Shown here: positions 1-13,369 of the stretch, one piece after another
Layout: the number at the start of each line of letters is the position of its first letter
How positions within the stretch are numbered: the first letter of the stretch is position 1
Source of the DNA: the human T2T-CHM13v2.0 reference genome, Homo sapiens
DNA: 64,000 nucleotides
Reading direction: 5' to 3' (one strand)
Assembly: GCF_009914755.1 (NCBI RefSeq)
Contig: NC_060947.1
Notes under the pieces: model-generated
Seen by the model: the letters and a program-made list of their open reading frames with translations, nothing else
What the model was told of the DNA's origin: nothing
Databases searched by the model: none
Translations under genes and position numbers: made by a program

Positions 1-221
1 TAAACAACTTCAGCAAAGTGTCAGGATACAAAATTAATGTGCAAAAATTAATAACATTTCTTTACACAAACAACATCCAAGCTGAGACCCAGATGAAGAA
101 TGCAATCCCACTCACGGTAGCCACAAAAAGAGTAAAATATCTAAGAATACAGCTAACCAAGGAGGGGAAAGATCTCTACAAAGAGAATTACAAAACATTA
201 CTCAAAGAAATCCGAGATGAA
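1..221 (+). mobile_element. L1 (L1PA/PB-type) ORF2 fragment, cut by the window edge and ending without a 3' UTR
   Basis: Translates as SGYKINVQK...[28 protein letters not shown], the post-RT region of L1 ORF2. Confidence 0.9.
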
Positions 222-569
222 ATTCAATTTAACTCCACACTTGGCACATAGTAGGTGCTCAATGAATTTTTGCTGAATGACTTCATGAACAATTGAAGGC
301 TGAGTTTTATTTTACCGTTTTCTATTGAAGGATGGAAATTGTTTAAAATTCCTAAACTTGCTCTGATCAGAACTGTACTTCTCTCAAGTAATTCTTAAGT
401 CCCTAGAATATAATTTTTCAACACTCCACATTCTTTTAGCAATCATACCTCAGCAAATCTTTAAACAGGGACTGAAAAACCATAAAATTAAAATGTTTAA
501 TTTTACCTTTTTGCCTTTCCATCTGTAATGCCATCTGCAAATAATAGAACATCTAAATTTCACTTGTTG

Positions 570-905
<336 letters not shown>

Positions 906-1142
906 TGAAATGAAACATTAAAATCATACGATAATACCAGGTTTCCATCAACTATTTACTCATTCATTAGTACAGACAGCCATATCAATACCCAGCTCCA
1001 TTATATCCATTTAAAGGTTTTTGTTTTTAAAGAGTTCTGTTTCAGTGTCTCTATGTTTGAAGGTTGTTCAGAAAGTTTACAAGCAGCAGCTCCAACTTCG
1101 TCTTCAAAAATGAATAAAGAAACATGGACAGTTAAGATGATA

Positions 1143-1222
1143 TCAGATTGATACAATAGTAATTGTGGGTTTTGCCATTAAAAGTAATAGGAAAAACTGC
1201 AATTACTTTTGCATCAACCTAC
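1143..1222. mobile_element. MADE1 (Hsmar1-derived 80-bp MITE)
   Basis: 80-bp palindrome tcagattgatacaatagtaattgtgggttttgccattaaaagtaataggaaaaactgcaattacttttgcatcaacctac, with TA duplications at 1141-1142 and 1223-1224. Confidence 0.92.
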
Positions 1223-1599
1223 TAATCTCAGGTCTTAATATAATATTGGTAAACAGAATTGTCCATGGACTGAACATGACTGCTTATGGTTTATTTAAAG
1301 ATGTCCCCAAGAAATAGACATATTCATGTTTAGCATTTTAGAGACTGATGCAAGGAAATGTGATTGCCATTGATTATAAACTTTGTAATGGTAAGATCCA
1401 GGTCTGGATTACTTACTCTCCCAAGCACGTGTCACTGGGGTTCTCCTTAAAGGTACTGATGAGTTACTCTTGAAAGGACAAATGCATTTAACATGTACAG
1501 CTTCACAGGAACAAATCTTAGACCTGGTAGGGTGGAAGGAAGTGAAAATGGAGTGGAATGAAAAGGAACAAAAAGAACCCTGAGAAGAAAATAAAGAGT

Positions 1600-3005
1600 G
1601 CTGACATAAAACTTGGCTGACTCCCACAATCTAGTAGAGGATTTTCCCTGGATAGAATAATTCCTCAGGCACTGTTGAATGTAAGCATGTGAGCAGAAGA
1701 GCAGGCAGCAATGAAGTGAAAGATCTAATGGCAAATATCCTCTACAAACAAAATGAAACCTTTAGGTCTAATATAAAATTCGTTAGCCTTTCCAACATCT
1801 TTTTGCTGCATGTTACCTATGAACCTATAGTGGTTTTCTGTTTGGTTCTGTTTCCAACATGGTCCAACAGTGATTACCCTTTTATAACACTTTAACATTT
1901 CTTCCTACTCATTTCCTCTCATGTTAAGTCCCTTTAATTCTAAGCAAGATTTAAGACTCCAATTTTCGTATGTCTTAACAAACACTGAAAATTCTTTTCT
2001 TTCTGGCTTATGGAAAACTGTTGACTTGGACAACCCTAACGTCTTCCAGCTGTGAAAACTATCCATGCGATAAACTAAGGATGTTGTTACAAATTGAGGC
2101 TAGGGTGTCCTTCTGGAAAAACTGCTTGCTTATATTTTGGGCAACATTAAATGACTGGGTATTTAACCTGAAATTTTTTCACATATAGGCTTATATTTTA
2201 TCTTACTAGAAGAAAGATAAAATATTGAATAATGTAGAAAACATTCCCCTATATAACATTTGTAATCTGGTTACAAATCTTGCCATTACTTCCCTCTCTT
2301 TTTATAGCTAGGGATTTATTTCCCTTCCTCTTGGGTTTTGGGGCATCTATAGGTGAGCCTTTGTACCTCCTGCTATAAAGTCTGTTGGCCTAGCGTATGT
2401 CTGAATCTCTCTCAACATCCCTCATTAGCTTAATATTATTTTATTCTTTGCCAAAGCTTTCTGCTTTAACAAAGATTGATGTTCACGGCTGAACTGTAAT
2501 GCACCAGTTTCTATCTCTTCACTTTTTCCAGGGTGGGCCCTTGTCCAAGTTGTAAAAGCAGCACTGTTTGAGCTCAATCCAGCCTTCTCTTTCTTGTCCA
2601 CAGTGATCTCATACTCTCCACATTCTCTTGTTCTACTATCAAGACGGACATTTTGTAAAGAATCAAATAAGTGGATGTGCATTGAGATGTAACTAAAGGG
2701 AAAATCTTGCTGGGTTATCTCTTCCAGGATGGATTTACATTTTCTCAGAGATCTAAGTTTTAAGCCAAGGGAATGAGTTGCTAATAATACAATTTCCATT
2801 TGGGAAGATATTTTTCCCCATGTAGGCATTGACAATTTGCTTAATCTGTGTACACAAAAGACTGTTTTCTAACTGAGTATGCTCTACTCTTTTAATTTTT
2901 GTTTGACCATATTTCTGATATTTACTCCCAACTTGTTAGGTTTTGTTTGGCCTTTTTCAATACGTTCTTTTAGAAAGTGCAGGAGAGCTCCTTACTAGGC
3001 TAGAT
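1600..3005 (-). mobile_element. Decayed Ty3/Gypsy-like pol fragment (RNase H plus integrase)
   Basis: Minus-strand degenerate motifs in the expected order: HTQLENSLL (2881-2855), CQCLHGEKY (2834-2808), HPGRDNPA (2731-2708). Then, all in one frame: QGPTLEKVK (2543), QEVQRLTYRCPKTQ (2372), WQDL*PDY (2285), FSRRTP*PQFVT (PQFVT at 2099), STVFHKPERKEFSVFVKT (2024). Confidence 0.55.
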
Positions 3006-3014
3006 GAGCATGGA

Positions 3015-3245
3015 AAAGAAACTGTGCTTTGAGACTGCTTGAATTAGAATATTGATTACATCATTTACTTAACTGTGTGAGAAATAACTCAGCCTCTCTA
3101 TATTGGTTTATTTATCTGCAACATATAGATAATAATAATACCAATCTCATAAGGTTGTTACAAGGATTCAGTAAAAAGAAAATACTGAAAATGCTTAGAA
3201 AAGTGTCTGGCAAACACTATGCATTATATTAGGGATAATAATTAT
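3015..3245 (+). mobile_element. MIR
   Basis: catttacttaactgtgtga...cagcctctct...aatctcataaggttgttacaaggatt...aatgcttagaaaagtgtctggca matches the MIR core. Confidence 0.75.
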
Positions 3246-3293
3246 TTCTATTAAGTTCCAACATTCCATTTCATTAATGAAAATGTAGGCTTA

Positions 3294-3635
<342 letters not shown>

Positions 3636-3891
3636 TTAGTTTAGTCAGTATATAACCCTTGAAAACACATTTTAAGATTATCCATAGTTTATAATACCTA
3701 ATTTACATTATTTTTGAAGGAACTAAACAATATTTGTGATCCAACAGGTCAAAACTTAATTCAGACTTTAGAAACTCATGACATAAAAAGTCATGTGGAG
3801 AATTATTAAGAAATATGTAAAATTACCACACCACAAAAATACTCTTTTCCATTTTAAAGACGTGTCAATGAAACAAAATAAAAACAGTGAA

Positions 3892-4431
3892 AAATGCCTT
3901 TCTTTGTCTTTTTGATCTTTGTTGGTTTAAAGTCTGCTCTATCAGACACTAGGATTGCAATCCCTGTTTTTTTTTTCTTTCCATTTGCTTGGTAAATATT
4001 TCTCTATCCCTTTATTTTGAGCTTATGTGTGTCTTTGCAAATGAGATGGGTCTCCTGAATACAGCACACCAATGGGTCTTAACTCGTTATCCAATTAGCC
4101 ACTCTGTGTCTTTTAATTGGGGCATTTAGCCCATTTACATTTAAGTTTAATATTGTTATGTGCAAATTTGACTCTGTCATTCTGAGGCTAGCGTGGCTAT
4201 TTTTCCTGTTAGTTGATACAATTTCTTCATATTGTCAATGGGCTTTACAATTTGGTATGTTTTTGCAGCGGCTGGTACCTGTTTTTCCTTTCTATATTTA
4301 GTGCTTCCTTCAAACACGGAAATGGAGCTTTGTAAGGCAGGACTGGTGGTGACAAAATCTCTCAGCATTTGACTGTCTGTAAAGGATTTTATTTCTCCTT
4401 TGCTTATGAAGCTTAGCTTGGCTGGATATAA

Positions 4432-4437
<6 letters not shown>
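3892..4437 (-). mobile_element. Inverted 5' segment of an L1PA (end of ORF1 to start of the ORF2 endonuclease)
   Basis: Antisense L1: MLRDFVTTSPALQ (ORF1 C-terminus) and the start of the endonuclease region; abuts the sense L1PA segment. Confidence 0.9.
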
Positions 4438-6700
<2,263 letters not shown>

Positions 6701-6749
6701 AAAAGTACTTTTTTCTATTCCTCCTGCAACTTAAAGCCCTGGACATTAT

Positions 6750-8204
6750 ATATAGAACATAGGAAAACTAAAAGGAAGAGGGAAGATGGTAGACGAGATA
6801 GGACCTCAGGACTTGAGGAACTACATAGTGGTGACTTCCCTGCATTTTATTTTGGTTTCATATATCCCAGACTTGAAGAAACAGATGATCTTGGAATGCC
6901 AGTGGGAACAGACAAAATAAAGCCCCAAGAAAAATCTTCTCTCTCTAGCCAAAGGACAAGAAAGGAGGAGTTTTAATAAGACAGAAAACTTTGAGACAAT
7001 AATACCTCTACTCTAGCCAAACAATACAGAAAAAGCTATAGTTCCACTCATCTAAGGCTGAGTGGGGCACCTAGACTAACTTGTGTGTGAGCCTGTAATG
7101 AGGTGCTCTAACATCTTTGGTGTTACAGAAGGCCAAGTAAGGAGCCAAGGTTTTTATCCCCACTGGCTGATTAGAAGTTTCTCCCTCAGCAGCATCAGTG
7201 GAGAAGAACACTTGGGGAGCCTGGGCTTCCATTCTCACCTGGCAGCACAAGGTGCTGGTCTGACTCCCTGCTGGGGTGATGTCAGCTGAGGCCTAGTGGA
7301 GAGTCAGTTCCTTCAACATCGCCCAACAGTAGTAAGGCTGACAAATATTTTAAAGCAGTTTTGATAAAAATGCTTCAACAAGCAATTATAAGCAGACCTG
7401 AAGCAAATAAATAGAAAGAATCAGCAAAGAAATAGGACTTTTTTCCATTTGATAAAAAGAATCAAATGGAAAATTTTGAAATGGAAAATATAGTAACCAA
7501 AATAAAAATCTCAGTACATGGGCTTAAGAGCAGAATGGAGGAGTCAAAGGGAAGAATCAGTGAACTGGAGATAGAAGAGAGGAAATTACACAAGCCAAAT
7601 AACGAAGAGATAACAGACTTTACAAAAAAAACTAATGGAGCTCACAGGGACCTGTGGAATAATAGTGATATTCCACATTAGTATCATTGGAGTAACAAAC
7701 GGAGAGCAGAGGAGAGGAGAGAGTGGGGCAGAAAGAGTATTCAAAGAAAAAAATGGCTGAAAAGTTATCAAACATGGAGAAAAACATACACTCATATATT
7801 CGGAAGTTGAGCAAATCTGGAACAAGGGAACCCAAAGAAATATGTGTCAAGTCACATCATGATTCAATTTGTGAAAACTAAAGACAAAGAAAAAATCTTG
7901 AAAGCAGCCAGAGGAAAAACAATACTTTACCATACAGGGAGAGAACAGGTTGAATGATGGAATTTTTTTTTTTTTAATCAGAAATCACTGAAGTCAGAAG
8001 GTAGTGGCACAACAATTTTCAGGTGTTAAAGGAAAAAAAAACTGTCAACCCACAATCCTATAACCAGCTGAAATATCCTTCAGGAATAAAGCAGAGAAAA
8101 AAAATCAAAACATTCTCCGATGGAAAAAAACTAAGACAATTTGTTACCAGCAGACCTACTCTAAAATAATGGTTAGAAGAAGTTCTCTAAACAGAAAGGA
8201 AATG
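6750..8204 (+). mobile_element. Old L1M 5' UTR/ORF1 fragment
   Basis: ORF1-like KIKISVHGLKSRMEESKGRISELE; aaagacaaagaaaaaatcttgaaagcagccagagg; ctgtcaacccacaatcctataaccagc. Confidence 0.8.
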
Positions 8205-9270
8205 CCACCTTCAGTAAGTTTTTAATTTTTGCTTCTCAGTCAACTTTCATCTCATTCCTGAGGAGAATACACCAGTAAGTGGGTAATCCTTTCACTATCA
8301 AAACTTGTTGACCAATTAATACCATGACATAGAAGCTTTATCCCTTAATGGAGTAACATTTATCAGTTCACCAATATGTGCCACGACTGTTTTCTCATGA
8401 AATTTTGGACAATTCACCTTCTTTCAGTTGTGTACCTCATTTGTCCAGTTTCAGGATTTGAAATGTATAATTTCTTTAAATTGTCTTTTTTAAAGATATA
8501 ATTTGCAAGACCCATTCCTTTGTGTGTGTTGAAGGTAGGCATCAAGATCCCAACACTAAGTACAATATTAACAGTATTCTGATCCTGGTGCTGTGGACCC
8601 ACGTGTCCAACGGTGATTATATGTTGCACGTCTAACTGCATGGGCCACTCTCCTGAGTCAACGTACCAAATATGCCACATTCCTCTTGGTCTTCTCACTC
8701 CCATAGTGTCAAAGCATGTTAAGGGACCCACTACCCCTGCCAGGGTCTGAGTTCCAGCCAGCCCTTCTCTTTATATTTTGAAGCAAGAGGGCTTTTTCTG
8801 CATTTTATATAAAAAAGAAGATAAATAGAAAAATCAGTAAGTGAAGGAAAAGCTTGATTGGGAGGGGAAAATCTATTACAGGCAAAAAGGGAGTGATATG
8901 AGAAGTGAAAAATTCACTGCAGAAATTTATTGAACTAAATTGATTTCCCCCTTAGTTGAATGAAGTTGGGGAAGGATGTGAGATTTGGTCACAGGAGTTC
9001 TAATAACTAACTTTACTGTTCAAAGTCTCTTTAGTCTGGTTTTAGCCTTCCAAGGCAACTCCACTTTTGAGAACACAACCGCTGGCCGAGAATGTCCTCC
9101 TTAATGCCCCACTATAGGCCATTTGCTTTCTTATTTTCCAGCCCTGTTCTTACCATTTTTCTCCTCGGAGAGATCCATTTCTTGCTGCGTAGTTATATTT
9201 TCCTGGCCATTGAAGGCTTGCCAACTTTCAAAACCATCTCTAGATTCTTTTATTCTTAATTTTTTTCTTT
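8205..9270 (-). mobile_element. Decayed Ty3/Gypsy-like gag-protease fragment
   Basis: Minus strand: QAFNGQENITT...GLENKKANGL (capsid-like, from about 9214); RWTRGSTAPGSEYC*YCT*C (knuckle-like, 8612-8553); ETG (8452-8444) about 61 codons before VLIVKGLPTYWCILLRNE (DTG...ILGRD spacing of retropepsins). Confidence 0.4.
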
Positions 9271-12112
9271 AGTTATGGGAGGAATATCAAAATCTTTGTG
9301 AATCTTAGTTTGAAAAAAATTACATTAGAATATAATTTAATATTTGTAAAATGAAAAAAGCCTAGCAGTTTTTTCATTATACACATGACATAAAGTAAAA
9401 TCCAGGTGTGTCTCATATGCCCTCAATCACCTCACCTCATTCATAGCTATGAACTGTCTTTATTGTCTCATCTTTCGTAGTAACTAGTATTAATCATTTA
9501 TATTTGTAGGTGTCCAGAAAATGCATAATATATTCATCAGATTGAGTGAGTCTACAAAGTGAACTTCCAAAGAGAAGGCTTCATTACGTAGAAAGCATCA
9601 ACTGGAAATGGGATTCATTGAAAAAATGCAATTAGCCTCATGGATTAACTCAACCAAATTGCAAAATAGAAGCTAATTCATTCTCTTCTGAAAAGGCATT
9701 AATTACTTCTGATAAGAGAATAATACTGTCTGTATAAAATATACTAGTGGCTCTGTTTATGTTTGGCTTAGCTAGAATATACTGCATTTAGATAGAAGAA
9801 GAAACATTATTAGACAAAACCATTTAGGAAAATGAGTTAGTCTGCAGCTGAAGTTCTGGTATAATCGTAGTAATCTGTGAATAATGCAGAGAAATTTAAC
9901 TTCCCTCTGGTGAACAGATATTTTGTAATGTCCAATGAAAGTGACCTTGGAGCATATCAAGCACCAAATAGTACACGGTTGGCAATATCAGCTGCAGTTG
10001 TTCTAGAGAGGCAAGTTGAACAGGGCTAAAGCCCACTCCTACTTGCCACTACCCAAAGGTAACACCAGCAACAAAAAGGACTACCAGATGCCCAGATTTT
10101 CCTCAATATTGTTGATTGCACAAAGGTCAGATAAAATCTCAGTGATGAGGATAGGGCTGCTATGTATAGGTATTCAGGTTGTCCAGTGCCAATGGATGTT
10201 CTACCTAAAAGGGAGACTTTTTATATTATGGATAGATACTAACATATAAGAAGGGTACAGAAGCATGGAGATTTCACACCTATTAAGCAAGTTTTAAGGC
10301 AGCAGAGAAGAGTACCATCCAATGAAAACTCATAGTAGCACATACATCTGCTTTACACACTTGGGAGAGCACACATGGACACATTCACTGACAAATACAT
10401 ATGTATGAAGCTACCCCTTATCCAGGCTACACTTCAGATGTATCCCCTGAAGATGCTTTTCTCTGTTGCTCACCACTCTCACAGTCTGATTCTAAACTAA
10501 ACTCCCAGAAATATTCCAAACCTGATACAGTCACCTTATCTGTGCATCAGTGAGAGGGGCTCAAAATGCAAGCATTTCCTATAGAATGTGTATCCTAGCA
10601 CATCCAAGGTGTGTGAGAGCTGGCAAGAGTATGGATGTATTTGTGCCTTCATCCATGCCTGTCTCCTCCATGTAGGGCAGCCATGTATGGTTGATCGGGT
10701 TGTGCAATAATATACTGATTTATTTATTTTTACTTAAGGATGAAATATCTTTTTAAAATTTATACAATGTCCCCAAATGAAGGAAAAAGTAGTGTACAGT
10801 GGAAAATTAAGAATGGATTAAATGGAAGGAGATAATCAAATGTGTTTCACCAGTATATTTTTGTGAATGATTATCTCCTTTCCTCAGCACCATTCAGCAG
10901 TAGTAACTTATCTTTGTGCAGTTACTATGTATTATATACTGGAGATGTAGAATATAATAAGGCATGGATCTTGTTTTTGAGGAGTTGGACATTTGCAATT
11001 ATGAAATATACATGCCACTTAATGCTTACAAGGAAATTTACCTAAGTTGGGAAATGTTTGGGCCTGCAACTTTATATCATTCAATCATCTTTGACACCTA
11101 GAATAGTTAGGGTCACAAAACATGAGATTTCCAAAGAGTTCAGAATTATACATGCTCTGTATACTATATTACATTGGAAAGATTTCTTAGAGTTGTGGAA
11201 CACAGTGGAAAACTGAAAGTCCAGAAAACTCACTTATAGAAAGCTTAGAAATGAAATAATCATTCTTTTCATTGAAGCACCGAGGCTTAAAAATTCCCTG
11301 GACATGTAGAATGATTTGTCCCCATGAATGTACATTTGTGCACAGCATGTGAAACAAATGCTGCTTCTGATTCTAATTCAGCATGACTTCCCTTGATTGA
11401 TTTACTCATGAATAGATAATATTAATTTCAATGAAATGACCAGAATGGGAAGGGCTAAGGTCTATCCCTATTTTCCCAGACTATATTTAACTTCCATGAA
11501 GATAGAAACTCACGGTTTGACCTTGCAGGAAGTGAGTGGAGAAAGATATTGTATGTGAAGAAAAGGAGTGCTAGAGTAGGCAATTTGAAGGATAATTATG
11601 AAAGTCAAGCCTGCTAAGGCCGGGACTGTTCATTTTCAGATTATCATTACAACAAGGCCATAATCAAGGTCAGGGTACACCTTGGTGGTGGGGGTATGTT
11701 TCAGGTATCAGGAGCCGAAGATGAAGGCATGAACTTCCTTTTGATGCCAACCCTGCTTTGGAGTGGAAGCTAAATACTGTGTATTTTTGAGAAGGATTCA
11801 GACAGATGGAGGAGCTCCAGAAAATAACAAGGACTGTGTTAAATGTGCCAGAGAGGAAGTGGCTGGTGTGAAAACACACACATGTTTACCTTTTCATTTT
11901 AGTCTATCCACAGTATGATCCTATCTTCTCTTTAGGAAGCTTCTCCTCCATCCAAATTGGATCAACCAACTCTAAGTTCATCCCTTGGGCTTTCCCATCT
12001 TTGCTTGTGTTTTTTATTTTCTTGGAAAGTACTATTTCTATCTATGTCTATTTGAATCCTTTATGTTCTTCAAGGTTCAACTCAAGCAGCTGCCCTATCC
12101 TTTGCCCACAAT

Positions 12113-12170
12113 CTTTCACTCACTCACTCACTCACTCATTCATTCATTCAGTCAACAAATATTTAATTTT
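12113..12170 (-). repeat. L2 3' end with (TCAC)n(TCAT)n
   Basis: cactcactcactcactcattcattcattcagtcaacaaatattt. Confidence 0.7.
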
Positions 12171-12374
12171 TGTTATTGAATCAGATATTGCAGATTCCTG
12201 TTGCTGGAAATAATTTGTAATCTCCAAATTCCTTTAGCAATTAATTTATGTATTTTTAATGATATTGACCATATTCAGACTATGATTTTCAGGACAAATA
12301 GCTTATCTTTTTTAAGCACTATGAAGGCAGAAACCATGCTTATTTATATATCTCACAAAAATGTCAACATAGCT

Positions 12375-12377
<3 letters not shown>

Positions 12378-12427
<50 letters not shown>
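12378..12427. repeat. (TA)n microsatellite
   Basis: About 25 perfect units. Confidence 0.97.
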
Positions 12428-12429
<2 letters not shown>

Positions 12430-12445
12430 CAATTCCTAAAGTCCC

Positions 12446-12543
12446 CAGGGAACTCCAGAATTCCTCTATTTCCCTTGTTTCAAATTTATTATTTCAGGGA
12501 ACTCCAGAACTCCTCTATTTCCCTTGTTTCAAATGTATTATTT
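12446..12543. repeat. 49-bp tandem duplication (2 copies, 2 mismatches)
   Basis: cagggaactccagaa(t/c)tcctctatttcccttgtttcaaat(t/g)tattattt twice. Confidence 0.95.
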
Positions 12544-13063
12544 CCATAATATTCCAGGAGAGTCACAAGATTAAACACAGCCAGATTCCTTTGTGATTTT
12601 CTCATGAGGCCCACATTTGCCAGAGGGAGCCATTTAAAAATGTTTTGTACTTTACACAAATAATACTTCCAAAACAAATTTCCATTTTTTTAGGCAGGTA
12701 TGACTACACCAAAACAAGCAATTAGAGTCCAGATTTCCAATAGGCCAAAGGTAACTTTGTGTTACATGGAGAGTAACATTTCAAAGATGGAACCATTTTT
12801 CAAGATGCATCTTACCCAAAACGTTAAGTTTGTCTCTGTTCTGATAAAGAAAGCATTGGGAGTGCTTTTCCTATGCAAGTCGGGCAGCTAGAGTATAGTG
12901 GTGTGACCCAAAGAAATGCCTTTGCTGAAACCAAGCTACAGTTGCCAAAAGAAACTAGTCATTTGCTAATGGCAGTGAATGAACCCAGAAATGCCTTATT
13001 GTCCAATGAGAAGAGGCTCAAGCAAATTTGAACAGAACAAGTTGGTCTAAAACAGCTTAGGTT

Positions 13064-13369
<306 letters not shown>

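Noticed and set aside
2425-2835. 136-aa minus-strand ORF as a protein-coding gene
   Set aside because: TTG start and no recognisable family; the Gypsy-like motifs lie mostly in other frames, so it is treated as a chance open frame in a relic.
8414-8731. WYVDSGE as a Copia-type protease motif
   Set aside because: A single short match; Copia elements are not known in human DNA and the downstream domain order fits Gypsy.
11610-11760. Possible hAT MITE (ccgggactgt...gccaaccctg)
   Set aside because: Only one plausible terminus and no TSD; too weak to call.
12201-12596. 131-aa ORF
   Set aside because: Kept open by the (TA)n tract (YIYIYI) and the tandem duplication.
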